Source of the DNA: Vicinamibacteria bacterium
GTDB lineage: Bacteria; Acidobacteriota; Vicinamibacteria; Marinacidobacterales; Marinacidobacteraceae
Assembly (NCBI GenBank): GCA_963668695.2
Contig: CAXXLQ010000004.1
Location: forward strand, 2,496,001 to 2,560,000
Direction of reading: 5' to 3'
DNA length: 64,000 nucleotides
The notes under the pieces are model-generated. The model saw only the letters and a program-made list of their open reading frames with translations. It was not told the DNA's origin and did not search any database. This document shows, piece by piece, positions 31,239 to 41,918 of the stretch (positions within the stretch are counted from its first letter, which is position 1; every line of letters starts with the position of its first letter). Position numbers and translations under genes: made by a program.

Positions 31239-32764
31239 GCCAGATCCCCGAAGGTCGCGAGCAGGCCATGAACCGGGACGAGCGGGAGCGGCGGCGGAAA
31301 CTGGCCGAGATCGAAAACCTCGGAGTGCCCGCCTGGCCGAACCGCTTCGCCGCCTCCCACACCCTGGATCAGGCCTCGGAGACCTACGCGGATCTGGACG
31401 CGGCCGGACTCGAAGCCGTTTCCGAGGCGGATCGGACGGTGCGGGTCGCCGGCCGGATTGTCGCGATCCGGTCGTTCGGAAAGGCGGCTTTCCTGCGCCT
31501 TTCCGAAGGACCCGGAACGCTCCAGGTACATATTCGGCGCGACGTGCTTCCCGAGCGCGACTTCGCGGTCTCGAAGGCGTTGGACCTCGGGGATTGGGTG
31601 GGAGTCGCCGGCCCCATGTTCCGGACCCGAACCGGGGAACTGACCGTTCGCGCCGACTCCCTCGCCTTCCTGGCGAAGGCCCTCCTGCCGCTCCCCGAGA
31701 AGTGGCACGGCCTTGCCGACCGGGACACCCGCTACCGGCAGCGCTACCTGGACCTGCTCGGGAATCCGCGGACCCGCGAGGTGTTCCGCCGCCGGGCCGC
31801 AATGGTTTCGTCGATGCGCCGTTTCATGGACGGCGAGGGTTTTCTGGAAGTCGAGACGCCGATGCTCCAGCCGCTCGCCACCGGGGCGGCGGCACGGCCG
31901 TTCCAGACCCGGCATCGAGCGCTCGGGATCGACCTCTACCTCCGGGTGGCGCCCGAGCTCTACCTGAAGCGGCTGGTGGTCGGGGGGTTCCCGCGGGTTT
32001 ACGAGATCAACCGCAACTTCCGGAACGAGGGCCTCTCCACCCGGCACAACCCCGAGTTCACCATGCTGGAGTTCTACCGGGCGTTCAGCGATTGCGGCGA
32101 CATGATGGATCTCACGGAGCGCCTGGTGATCGCCGCGGCCGGCGCCGTGCTGTCCGGCGAGCCGGCGGTCTTCGGGGACGAGGAGATCCGCTTCGAAAAG
32201 CCCTTCGCCCGGGTTTCGCTCTTCGGGGTTACGCAGGCGGCGCTCCGCGAGCAGGGAGTCGCTCTCGAGGACGGAGACCTCCGGTCCGTTCCGGCCCTCG
32301 CCGACGCCCACCGGCGTCTTGACCTCCCGCTGCCGCCCGAAGAAAACGCCGGGAAGCTGCTCGTGAGCCTCTTCGAGGCGCTGGCCGAGCGCCGCCTGGT
32401 GCAGCCCACCTTCGTGACCGGATACCCCGTCGAGGTGTCGCCGCTCTCCAAGGCGAATCCGGAAGAGCCCGGGATCACGGAGCGCTTCGAACTCTTCGCC
32501 GGAGGTCTCGAGATCGCGAACGGGTTTTCCGAACTGAACGACCCCGACGAGCAGGCGGCGCGTTTCGGCGAGCAGATGGCGAAGCGCCAGGACGGCGACG
32601 AACACGCCATGGACTGGGACTACATCGAGGCCCTCCGGCACGGCCTCCCGCCGACCGGGGGAGTTGGAGTGGGGGTGGACCGGGTGGCGATGCTGCTCAC
32701 GAACTCGGCGGCGATCCGGGACGTGATCCTGTTCCCGCACCTCCGCCCACGGGAAGGAAAGTGA
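31235..32764 (+). CDS. lysS: Lysine--tRNA ligase (class II)
   Basis: PLPEKWHGL, RYRQRYLDL, RVAPELYLKRL, FRNEG, HNPEFTMLE, GLPPTGG. Confidence 0.98.
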   Translation: MSQIPEGREQAMNRDERERRRKLAEIENLGVPAWPNRFAASHTLDQASETYADLDAAGLEAVSEADRTVRVAGRIVAIRSFGKAAFLRLSEGPGTLQVHIRRDVLPERDFAVSKALDLGDWVGVAGPMFRTRTGELTVRADSLAFLAKALLPLPEKWHGLADRDTRYRQRYLDLLGNPRTREVFRRRAAMVSSMRRFMDGEGFLEVETPMLQPLATGAAARPFQTRHRALGIDLYLRVAPELYLKRLVVGGFPRVYEINRNFRNEGLSTRHNPEFTMLEFYRAFSDCGDMMDLTERLVIAAAGAVLSGEPAVFGDEEIRFEKPFARVSLFGVTQAALREQGVALEDGDLRSVPALADAHRRLDLPLPPEENAGKLLVSLFEALAERRLVQPTFVTGYPVEVSPLSKANPEEPGITERFELFAGGLEIANGFSELNDPDEQAARFGEQMAKRQDGDEHAMDWDYIEALRHGLPPTGGVGVGVDRVAMLLTNSAAIRDVILFPHLRPREGK

Positions 32765-34035
32765 CCGGCGGCGAAGGCGAGCGATCCCCCCGGCGGGGTT
32801 TCCTCGCCTCCCTGCCGTTCGAACTCCAGATCGCCGGCCGCTACCTGATGCTCCGGAAACGGGGCATGTTCATTTCGGTGATCTCGGGGATCTCGGCGCT
32901 CGGGGTGGTGCTGGGGGTCGCGATCCTGCTGGTGGCGCTCGCGATCATGACCGGCTTCCAGGGAGAGCTGCGGGCGCGAATCCTCGGGGCCCTCTCTCAT
33001 CTGACCGTTTACAGCCTCTCGGCAGACGGCTTTACCGACTACCGCGAGGTGGTGGAGACGGTGCAGGGGGTTCCCGGGGTCGAGGCGGCCGCGCCGGTGC
33101 TCTACGGCAAGGCGATCGCGCTCGGCCGCCGGGATGCGCTCGTGACCCTGAAGGGGGTGGACCCGGCGCGCGAGCCGGGAGTGAGCGAGTTCGCCTCCCG
33201 GATGACTGCCGGGAGTTTTTCCGATCTCGAAGGCATGGCTCCGGGAGAGCCGCCGCCGGTGGTCCTGGGGGAGGAGTTGGCCATCGCGCTCGGCGTCGGC
33301 GTGGGGGAGACGATCCGCCTCATGGTCCCCGGGGGGCGCCTGACTCCGCTCGGCACCGTTCCGACGACCCGGCGGTTCCGGGTGGCGGGTTCCTTCCGTC
33401 TGGGCCTTTACGACTACGACAATTCCTGGGCGCTCATCCCGCTCCCCGAGGCGCAGCGGCTCACCGGCCGGCCGGACGAAGCGAGCCAGGTGGAGGCGAG
33501 GGCCACCGACATGTTCGCGGTGCGGGAATTGGAAACCGCCGTTCGGGGGACGCTCGGTCCGGGGTATTCGACGCTCAACTGGATTGACCTGAACACCACC
33601 CTCTTTTCCGCCTTCTGGCTCGAGAAGCTGGCGACGGCGCTCTTCGTCAGCTTCATCGTGGGAGTGGCCGCGCTCAACATCGTGGCCGGCCAGATCGTCA
33701 CGGTGATCGAAAAGACCCGGGACATCGCCATCCTGCGGTCCATGGGGGCCACCCGGCGGAGCATCATGGCGCTCTTCATGGCGCAGGGCGCCGCGATCGG
33801 GACCCTGGGGACCGGAGTCGGGGCGGCGCTCGGGATCGCCGCCTGCCGGATCCTCGACGGCCGCATCCGGATTCCCGAGGACGTCTACCAGATCACCGCC
33901 GTGCCGTTCACCCTGCTCCCGGGTGACGTGGGGCTCGTGTGCATCTTCGCCCCCCTCGTCTGTTTTCTCGCCACCATTTACCCCGCCCGCCGGGCGGCGT
34001 CGCTGGTGGTCACCGACGCGCTCCGCTTCCAGTGA
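32761..34035 (+). CDS. Lipoprotein-releasing ABC permease LolC/E
   Basis: FELQIAGRYL, IMTGFQGEL, EKTRDIAILRSMGAT, YPARRAA. Confidence 0.92.
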   Translation: MTGGEGERSPRRGFLASLPFELQIAGRYLMLRKRGMFISVISGISALGVVLGVAILLVALAIMTGFQGELRARILGALSHLTVYSLSADGFTDYREVVETVQGVPGVEAAAPVLYGKAIALGRRDALVTLKGVDPAREPGVSEFASRMTAGSFSDLEGMAPGEPPPVVLGEELAIALGVGVGETIRLMVPGGRLTPLGTVPTTRRFRVAGSFRLGLYDYDNSWALIPLPEAQRLTGRPDEASQVEARATDMFAVRELETAVRGTLGPGYSTLNWIDLNTTLFSAFWLEKLATALFVSFIVGVAALNIVAGQIVTVIEKTRDIAILRSMGATRRSIMALFMAQGAAIGTLGTGVGAALGIAACRILDGRIRIPEDVYQITAVPFTLLPGDVGLVCIFAPLVCFLATIYPARRAASLVVTDALRFQ

Positions 34036-34715
34036 CGTTGCAACTCGAAGCCCGCGGCCTCGACAAGTCCTTCGGCTCGGGGGCCGGCCGCATTCCGGTA
34101 CTCCGCCAGCTCGATCTGGAGGTGCGGCGCGGCGAGATGGTGGCGATTACCGGCCGCAGCGGAGTGGGGAAGACGACGCTGCTGCATGTTCTGGGAGCGC
34201 TCGACCGGCCCGACGCCGGCTCGCTCCGGCTGGCCGGCGAGGAAGTGGCGCAGTTATCCGAACGCGAAGCCGCGGCGTTCCGCAACCGGAACGTGGGGTT
34301 CGTGTTCCAGCACCACCGGCTGCTCCCCGAGCTGACCGCGGTTGAAAACGCTTCGCTCCCCCTGCGCATCCGCCGGGTGCCCCGCGCCGCCGCCGAATCG
34401 CGGGCGGCGGAATTGCTGGGCGAGCTGGGTCTCGATGAGCGGCTCGGCCATCGCCCCGAGGAATTGAGCGGCGGCGAGCAACAGCGGGTGGCGGTCGCCC
34501 GGGCGCTCGCGGGCGACCCGGCGCTGCTGATCGCCGACGAGCCCACGGGGAACCTCGACGACGCGGCCAGCAGCCAGCTCCTGGACCTCCTCGCCGCGCT
34601 GCATGCCGCCCGCGGGCTCACCGCCGTCATCGCGAGCCACAGCCCCCAGGTCGCCGCGAGCTGCGACCGGGTGTTCCGGATGGAATCCGGCGTCCTGCAC
34701 GACGGCAGGGCGTAG
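34032..34715 (+). CDS. lolD: Lipoprotein-releasing ABC ATPase
   Basis: GRSGVGKT, GFVFQHHRLL, LSGGEQQR, ADEPTGNLD. Confidence 0.92.
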   Translation: MTLQLEARGLDKSFGSGAGRIPVLRQLDLEVRRGEMVAITGRSGVGKTTLLHVLGALDRPDAGSLRLAGEEVAQLSEREAAAFRNRNVGFVFQHHRLLPELTAVENASLPLRIRRVPRAAAESRAAELLGELGLDERLGHRPEELSGGEQQRVAVARALAGDPALLIADEPTGNLDDAASSQLLDLLAALHAARGLTAVIASHSPQVAASCDRVFRMESGVLHDGRA

Positions 34716-34720
34716 GGGAG

Positions 34721-34743
34721 GCACCGCCGGCCTCCAGGCCGGC
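34721..34743. repeat. REP-like hairpin
   Basis: GCCGGCCT-cc-AGGCCGGC; related copies at ~27830, 36202, 43831, 59952 and 59997. Confidence 0.65.
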
Positions 34744-34850
34744 ATCGCCCGCTGGCAGCCGGGCGAAACCGCGTTTGGCGGACGGGCTACGAAGGGCGCG
34801 CCGGGAGTCCGCCAAGCACCTGGCCCGGAGCTGGATTCCCGGAACTCTTA

Positions 34851-35068
34851 ACAGCCTGTGGTGAAACCCGCGCGGCGTTCGAGCGGCGATCCATCCCGCC
34901 TGAACCGCCCCCCCACCGGGAGAACTGGCGCTTTGCGGCGCTCTGCGTTGCGTTTCGGTCGAAATACACTCGGTATTCCTCCCTCACGCGCCTTGTCAGC
35001 CGGGCGCCTCGCCCCCACCGGGAGAACTGGCCGCTCTCGGCGCTCACCCGGGTTCCACCACAGGCTGT
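34851..35068 (-). mobile_element. MITE-like repeat, copy 4
   Basis: ACAGCCTGTGGTG...CACCACAGGCTGT, TA on both sides. Confidence 0.9.
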
Positions 35069-35111
35069 TAACGGGGACATTTGGTTGAGGCGGGATCAGT
35101 AGCCCCGTATC

Positions 35112-36048
35112 GTGGGTGCCACGATGCGGACGCGCGAGGAGGCGGCTGGTGATCCCGGCATTCTTCTTGGTCGCGTTGCAACTCGGTGGGTCGCCTACGG
35201 CTGTTGGGTTGTTGCTTCATGGGCCGCGGTCACAGGTGTCGGCTGCGGCGGCAGCGGCGGATCACCGACGGTCCCCGGTCCGGTCGTGTCCCCGGCTCCC
35301 GAGCCTCCGCCACCGGATCCGCCCGAGGCTCCGTCTCCCGGCGTCGTGGTGACCCCGGAGCAACTCGTTCTTGCCGAAGGAGAAACCACCACGCTGAGCG
35401 TACGGTTGGCGACGCCACCGACCGCTCCGGTCACCGTTGCCGCAAGTATCCAGGCCGACGCGGGACTCTTCGCCGAATTCGGCAAGGGCACTCCTCTAGA
35501 GATTGTCCAAGGCGGTCGTTTGGTGTTCGACGCGGATACTTGGGACTCGCAACAGACGGTAAAGGTGGTCGCGCAGCACGATTTCGACAGCGTCGATGAG
35601 CAGGCAGCCATCTACCTGGACACAACGAGTAACGACGCCGCTTATGAAAATCTGCCGCGGCTCAGTCTTCCAGCGCACATCACCGACGATGAGTCGGAGA
35701 ACCTTGGCATCTGGGTGTTCGGCCATAAGTTGTATGGCCCCCCCGAGGGGGAAACGAGGTTTTACGGTGTTTCATTGAGCGGTGAGCCGACCGGCGATGT
35801 GGTCGTAACGGTGGCGAGTAGTGATCCGGGAATCCTTGAGGTCACCGAGGGCGGTGAGCTGCTGTTCACGCCAGGTGACTTCGAGATGCTGCAGTGGTTT
35901 TCCCACTTTCAGGGTCAAGGCAGAACGAGACGCTGTCGCGCAACAACCTATCGTTGAGGAATTTGCCGTGCACTTCCTGTCGGGTCGCGGTGGCGGTGAG
36001 TGCGTCGTGGAGCCCAACCGAATCCGGGTGAGGGTCAGCGATCGCTGA
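35112..36048 (+). pseudogene. Lipoprotein with two Ig/Calx-beta-like repeats, frameshifted near 35905
   Basis: VTGVGC lipobox, Pro-rich stalk, EGETTTLSVRLATPPTAPVTV and EGETRFYGVSLSGEPTGDVVV. The second repeat continues in another frame (FRVKAERD...). Confidence 0.65.
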
Positions 36049-36303
36049 AAGGGACGCCGTCCGCCTCGGCCGTCGGCGCTGATTTCAGCGTCTGCTGGGC
36101 GGCGATTCCGGACCCCACCCGGGAGAAATGAGGCGGCCTTCGTCGAACGGCGGCGCCTCGCGGGGGGCGGCCGGTCCGCGTTTCGACCGCCTGCGGCGGG
36201 CGGTGCCGACCTGGAGGTCGGCGATCCCTTTGCCGGTGCGCCGGGAGGGGGATTTCCCCTCCTGCTAAATTGCGGCGTGGCGCGGTTGCCGCGCAGAGGA
36301 TCA

Positions 36304-38784
36304 GTGTTCGAGCGATACACGGAGCGCGCCAAGCGGGCCATCTACTTCGCCCGGCATGAGGCGTCGCAGTTGGGCGGGGACGCGATCGAGCCGGAACATC
36401 TCCTTCTGGGGCTGCTGCGGGAGCTTCCCGCCGCCGTCGCCGGGCGCCTCCACATCTCGCTCGAGCGGGTGCGGAGCGACGTCCAGAGCCATGTGCTGCT
36501 GCGGGACACCGTCTCTACCTCCGTCGGGATTCCGCTCTCCGCCGAATCCAAACGGGTTCTGGAGCACGCCCGCGAAGAAGCGGACCGGATGAACCACGAG
36601 AGCGTCGGGGCCGAGCATCTGCTGCTCGGCGTGCTCCGGGAGCCCGGGTCCGCCGCGGCCGCGATCCTGGCCCGCCAGGGAGTGCGGGCGCCCGCGGTCC
36701 GGGAAGCGGTTGCCCTCGATCACGGGCGACGGAAATCCGGAGCCCGGGCTCGCGAGACGCCGCTCCTCGCCGAGTTCTCCCGGGATCTCACCCAGGCGGC
36801 CGCGGACGGGGCGCTCGATCCCCTCATCGGCCGCGCGGCCGAACTGGACCGGGTGATCCAGATCCTCTGCCGCCGCACCAAGAACAATCCCGTCCTCATC
36901 GGCGAGCCGGGCATCGGGAAGACCGCGATCGTGGAAGGCCTCGCCGGCAGGATCGCCGCCGGCGAGTGCCCGATCTTCCTCGCCGACCGGCGGATCGTGT
37001 CCCTCGATATCTCGCTGGTGGTCGCCGGCACCAAATATCGGGGCCAGTTCGAGGAGCGGCTGAAGGCGATCATCAAGGAGCTCGAGGAGTCGCCCCAGTT
37101 CATCGTCTTCGTGGACGAGCTCCACACCCTGGTGGGCGCGGGATCCGCCGAGGGTTCACTCGACGCCGCCAACATCCTGAAGCCGGCGCTTTCCCGGGAC
37201 GGCATCCAGTGCATCGGCGCCACCACGCCGACGGAATTCCGGCGTCATATCGAGCGCGACCGGAGCCTGGAACGGCGCTTCCAGGGAGTGGTGGTCAAGC
37301 CGCCGAGCGACGAGGAGACCCTGGAGATCCTTCGGGGCGTGCAGGAGCGCTACGAGCGCTACCACCACGTCCGCTACACCGCGGAGGCCATCGACGCCGC
37401 GGTCCGGCAGGCCCAGCGCTACATCACCGATCGCTTCCTGCCCGACAAGTCGGTGGACCTGCTCGACGAAGCGGGATCGCGCGTCAAGCTGCGCGACAAC
37501 CGGTATTCGCAGGAGTTTGCGGAGATCCGGAAGCGCATCCAGGCGATCCGCAGGCGGAAGGACCAGGCGCTCGACAACGACGACCTCGAGCGCGCCTCCC
37601 TCGCCCAGGACCAGGAAAACGCCGAGCGCGAGAGCCTGGCGCTCGTGGAAGGCCGCTGGAAGGCGCGGGACGGCGAGGCGCCGCTCGTGACCCGGCGCGA
37701 TGTGGATGAGGTGGTGGCCCACTGGACCGGGATTCCGCTCGGTTCGATCGAAGAGGAAGAGGGCCGGAAGCTGCTCCGGATCGAAAACGTGCTTCACGAG
37801 CGCATCGTGGGTCAGAGAGAGGCGGTCGCCACCGTGGCGCGGGCCATCCGCCGGGCGCGCGCCGGGCTCAAGAGTCCCGAGCGGCCGGGCGGCGTGTTCC
37901 TCTTCCTGGGTCCGTCCGGAGTGGGCAAGACGGAGGTAGCGCGGTCGCTGGCCGAGTTCCTGCTGGGAACGGAACAGTCCCTGCTGCGTTTTGACATGAG
38001 CGAGTACATGGAACGGCATTCCGTTTCCCGTTTCATCGGTTCGCCGCCGGGCTACGTGGGACACGAGGAAGGGGGGCACCTCACCGAGCGGGTCCGCCGC
38101 AATCCCTATTCGGTGCTGCTCCTCGACGAGTTCGAAAAAGCCCACCCCGATGTCTGGAACCTCCTGCTCCAGGTGTTTGAGGACGGCCGGCTCACCGACG
38201 GCCTCGGGAACACCGTGGACTTCCGGAACTCGATCATCATCATGACTTCCAACCTGGGCGCCCGGCACATCCAGAAGCAGGCATCCCTGGGGTTCGCCTC
38301 CGCCGATGCGGGGCACCGGAAGCGCGCCATGCGCGAACTCATCCAGGGGGAGGTCAGGAAGACCTTCAGTCCCGAATTCATCAATCGCCTGGATGCGGTG
38401 GTCATCTTCGACATGTTGACCGAGGACGACCTCACCGAGATCCTGCGCCGCCTCATCGCCCGCATGAACCGCGAGCTATGCGACCGGGGACTCACGGTCG
38501 AACTCACGCCTGAAGCCGAGGCGTTCCTCGTCCGCGAAACGCTCCGGGAACGTTCCTACGGGGCGCGGCCCCTGCGGCGAGCCCTCCAGAAACATGTCGA
38601 GGATCCGCTCTCGGAGGCGGTCCTGACCGGAGCGGTGGGTCCCGGCGATCCGGTGGAAATCTTTCTGCGGGACGGGGAACTGCGGGACGGGGAACTGCCG
38701 GGCGGGGAACTCGTGGTCCGCCGGAGTGGCCAGGCGCTTCTTGGAGAAGCAGAGGAACCCGTTGAGGAGGCGGTGGCCGGATGA
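36304..38784 (+). CDS. clpC: ATP-dependent Clp protease ATP-binding subunit
   Basis: MFERYTERA, GEPGIGKT, DRFLPDK, GPSGVGKT, DMSEYME, GARPLRR. Confidence 0.95.
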   Translation: MFERYTERAKRAIYFARHEASQLGGDAIEPEHLLLGLLRELPAAVAGRLHISLERVRSDVQSHVLLRDTVSTSVGIPLSAESKRVLEHAREEADRMNHESVGAEHLLLGVLREPGSAAAAILARQGVRAPAVREAVALDHGRRKSGARARETPLLAEFSRDLTQAAADGALDPLIGRAAELDRVIQILCRRTKNNPVLIGEPGIGKTAIVEGLAGRIAAGECPIFLADRRIVSLDISLVVAGTKYRGQFEERLKAIIKELEESPQFIVFVDELHTLVGAGSAEGSLDAANILKPALSRDGIQCIGATTPTEFRRHIERDRSLERRFQGVVVKPPSDEETLEILRGVQERYERYHHVRYTAEAIDAAVRQAQRYITDRFLPDKSVDLLDEAGSRVKLRDNRYSQEFAEIRKRIQAIRRRKDQALDNDDLERASLAQDQENAERESLALVEGRWKARDGEAPLVTRRDVDEVVAHWTGIPLGSIEEEEGRKLLRIENVLHERIVGQREAVATVARAIRRARAGLKSPERPGGVFLFLGPSGVGKTEVARSLAEFLLGTEQSLLRFDMSEYMERHSVSRFIGSPPGYVGHEEGGHLTERVRRNPYSVLLLDEFEKAHPDVWNLLLQVFEDGRLTDGLGNTVDFRNSIIIMTSNLGARHIQKQASLGFASADAGHRKRAMRELIQGEVRKTFSPEFINRLDAVVIFDMLTEDDLTEILRRLIARMNRELCDRGLTVELTPEAEAFLVRETLRERSYGARPLRRALQKHVEDPLSEAVLTGAVGPGDPVEIFLRDGELRDGELPGGELVVRRSGQALLGEAEEPVEEAVAG

Positions 38785-41252
38785 CGAGAACCCGGATGAT
38801 GAGAATCTGGAAAATGGCGGGCGCCTGGGCGGCCGCTTCGGTACTGCTCGGCGGGCTCGCCGGGGCGGGAACGCCGGCCCCGATTCCCACCGCGCCCATC
38901 GCGGTGCAGCAATCGGAGACGGTCGAAGCCGTGCTCATCGAAGGCAACGACCTGATCGCGGCCGACGCCTGGCTCGCCCACCTGACGGTGAAGCTCGGCG
39001 ATCCGGTGGACCGGGAAGCCCTGCGCGCGGAGTTCCAGACGCTTTGGAACACCGGCTTTGCCGACGACATGCGCCTCGAACTCCGGGACGGCCCCGGGGG
39101 CGGCAAGCTGGTGGTGTTCGTGGTGCACGAGCGCCCGCGGGTTGCCACCCTGGAGTTCGTCGGATCCGAAGAGCTCGACAGCGACGACATCCTCGAAAAG
39201 CTCGAGGAGGAGGATTCCCAAATCGCGGTCGGGGCCCCTTACGACCCCGACAAGGTGGTGCGCGCCCGGGAGGCCATCGAGGAGATGCTGGTGGACAAGG
39301 GCCGCACCGAAGGGGCGGTGACGAGCACCATCACCGAAACCGACGCCGGGGTCCAGATCGTCTTCAACATCAACGACGAGCAGCAGATCCGGATCCGCCG
39401 GATCCAATTCGAGGGCATCGAGGCGCTCGACGAATGGCCGCTGCGCTGGTCGATGAAAAAAACGCGGGAAAGTCACCCGCTCGGTGCACTGCTCGGAGGT
39501 TCGACCTACACCGAGGAGCAGTACGCCGAGGACATTGAGGCGGTGCGGCAGGAGTACCTGAAGCGCGGCTACCTCGACGTTTCCTTCGGTCCCCCCGAGT
39601 TCGAATACGAGGACGGCTTCTCCCGCCAGTTCCTGTTCTGGAAGCGTGCCAAGCGCTGGATGGACGTCACCATCCCCGTGGTCGAAGGCGAGCAGTACCG
39701 GGTCGGCGAAGTCACCGTCGAGGGGGCCGATGTGTTTCCCGCCGAGTTCGTCCGCGCGTTCTTCCCGATCCTGGCCGGCGAGGTGTATGACGAGTCCAAG
39801 GTGAACAAGGGACTCGATTCGCTCCGCGAGGTGTACGGCGCCCGCGGTTACGTGCAGTTCACCGGCTTCCCCACCTGGCATCGCCGCCCCGAAGAGCGGA
39901 TCGTGGACGTGGTCATCAACCTGGCCGAGGAGGACCAGTTCCTGGTCAACCGGATCGAGTTCCGGGGGAATTCGACGACGAAGGACCGGGTGATCCGCCG
40001 CGAGATGTGGCTCAACGAGCAGGACATCATGAACATGGAGCTGCTGAAGGCCTCCATCCAGCGCATCAACCAGCTCGGCTACTTCCGGCCCATCGAGCAG
40101 CCGGAAATCGAGCCCAGCCCCGAGGACGAGACCAAGCTCGACATCACGCTCGACGTGGTCGAGGAAAACCGCAACCAGCTCACTTTTGGCGCCGGGGTGT
40201 CCGGGCTCGAGGGCCTGTTCGTGAACGCATCCTTCGGAACCACGAACTTCCTGGGCCGGGGCGAGACCGCGAACTTCTCGATCCAAACCGGAAGCCGCAC
40301 CCAGAACTACCAGATCGCCATCACCGATCCGTACTTCATGGACAAGCCCATCACGCTCGGCTTCGACGTGTTCAGCCGGGTCCTGAAGCTGCGGGAGTTC
40401 ACCCGCGGGGACCTCGGGGGGCGGATCGTCTTCGGCGTGCCCCTCGGGCGCTGGTCGCGGGCGTTTTTGAACTACGGCTACTCCGTGATCACCGTCAGCG
40501 AGCCGGACCCCGACATCGTCCTCAACCTCTACGACCTCTACTACAACAGCACCTATCTCGATCCGCGGTTCTACGGGCTGTCCGGGAACTTCCGCGAGAG
40601 CAAGATCAGCCCGACGTTAGTCCACAACACCGTGGACCACCCCATCTTTCCGAGCCGGGGAAAGAAGGCGACCGCTTCCTTCGACATCGCCGGCGGGGCC
40701 CTCGGCGGCAACGTCCACTACTTGAAGCCGACCCTGGAACTCGTGCACCACATGCGGGTGATCGGCAACACCTCGCTCGGCTTGCGCGCCATGGGGAGCT
40801 ACCTCCACGGCTACGGGGGCATCCCGCCCCCGGAGGGCCAGGAGATCGACATCTTCAACGTCGAGCAGACCGGAGTGCCGTACTACAACCGCTTCTTCCT
40901 GGGAGGCGAGTACCAGATCCGCGGCTACTACATCCGCTCCGTGGGGCCGAGGAACGCGCGGGGCCAGCTCCTCGGCGGAGACAAGATGTTGCTCTTCAAC
41001 GCCGAGTACGCGATCCCGCTGGCCGGCCCGCTGCGAGCCATTCTGTTCTTCGATGCGGGGAACGCGTTCGCCGAGGAACAGAACTGGAGCCTCTCGATGC
41101 TCCAGGATTTCCGGACCTCCACGGGCATCGAGATGCGCGTGTTCATCCCCATGCTGAACGTGCCCTTCCGGCTCATCTTCGCCTACAATCCCCATCGGGA
41201 TTATTACCATCGGCCCACGGCCTTCGTGTTCGGGATCGGAACGACCTTCTAG
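38781..41252 (+). CDS. bamA: Outer membrane protein assembly factor
   Basis: POTRA repeats (GNSTTKDRVIRRE), NFLGRG, IRGY loop, C-terminal Phe. Confidence 0.95.
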   Translation: MTRTRMMRIWKMAGAWAAASVLLGGLAGAGTPAPIPTAPIAVQQSETVEAVLIEGNDLIAADAWLAHLTVKLGDPVDREALRAEFQTLWNTGFADDMRLELRDGPGGGKLVVFVVHERPRVATLEFVGSEELDSDDILEKLEEEDSQIAVGAPYDPDKVVRAREAIEEMLVDKGRTEGAVTSTITETDAGVQIVFNINDEQQIRIRRIQFEGIEALDEWPLRWSMKKTRESHPLGALLGGSTYTEEQYAEDIEAVRQEYLKRGYLDVSFGPPEFEYEDGFSRQFLFWKRAKRWMDVTIPVVEGEQYRVGEVTVEGADVFPAEFVRAFFPILAGEVYDESKVNKGLDSLREVYGARGYVQFTGFPTWHRRPEERIVDVVINLAEEDQFLVNRIEFRGNSTTKDRVIRREMWLNEQDIMNMELLKASIQRINQLGYFRPIEQPEIEPSPEDETKLDITLDVVEENRNQLTFGAGVSGLEGLFVNASFGTTNFLGRGETANFSIQTGSRTQNYQIAITDPYFMDKPITLGFDVFSRVLKLREFTRGDLGGRIVFGVPLGRWSRAFLNYGYSVITVSEPDPDIVLNLYDLYYNSTYLDPRFYGLSGNFRESKISPTLVHNTVDHPIFPSRGKKATASFDIAGGALGGNVHYLKPTLELVHHMRVIGNTSLGLRAMGSYLHGYGGIPPPEGQEIDIFNVEQTGVPYYNRFFLGGEYQIRGYYIRSVGPRNARGQLLGGDKMLLFNAEYAIPLAGPLRAILFFDAGNAFAEEQNWSLSMLQDFRTSTGIEMRVFIPMLNVPFRLIFAYNPHRDYYHRPTAFVFGIGTTF

Positions 41253-41315
41253 CGGTCGCGGGAGACAGCCCGCGTTCCGGCACCGAGCAGAGTTTTCAGG
41301 GAGTTGACCAACGTC

Positions 41316-41876
41316 ATGAATCGTTTTGCCCGTTGCCTCCGGGGCGGCTTTTCGGGGGTGGCGCTCACGGGGTTGTTGCTGGCCGCGCCTTCCGCTTTCG
41401 CGCTGCAAGACGCCGAGCCCACTCGGGTGGCGGTGATCGACATCGACCGTATCGCCCAGGAGTCCGCCAGAGGACAGGCGATGTTCACCGAACTGCAGTC
41501 CCTGCAGGAAGAGATCCTTCGCGGCCGGCAGTCGCGGGAACAGGAAATCCGCGATCTGACGAACCGGGCGCAGTCGCAACTGCTCTCCGCGGAGGCCCGC
41601 GCCGATCTGACCCGCGACATCGAGCGGCGGAACACGGACCTGCAGCGCTGGCTCGAGGACCAGCAGCGCGCGTTCAACGACAAGCAGACCACCGGATTCG
41701 CCTCCCTCGAACAGGCTCTCGGACCGGTGGTGGAAGAGGTGGCCCGCGAGCAGAACATCCAGTTGATTCTCCGGGTGACTCCCGGCCTCACCTTCATCAT
41801 GGATCCCGCGCTCGATATTTCGAGTGAGGTGATCACGCGCTTCAACGCGCTGAGCGACGGCGGGGAAGAGCCGTAG
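41316..41876 (+). CDS. skp: OmpH/Skp periplasmic chaperone
   Basis: Signal peptide, VAVIDIDRI, coiled coil, LDISSEVI; follows bamA. Confidence 0.88.
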   Translation: MNRFARCLRGGFSGVALTGLLLAAPSAFALQDAEPTRVAVIDIDRIAQESARGQAMFTELQSLQEEILRGRQSREQEIRDLTNRAQSQLLSAEARADLTRDIERRNTDLQRWLEDQQRAFNDKQTTGFASLEQALGPVVEEVAREQNIQLILRVTPGLTFIMDPALDISSEVITRFNALSDGGEEP

Positions 41877-41918
41877 AGCCGTAGGGCGACGCCCACGCCC
41901 GCTGCCGGCGGGGCCGGG

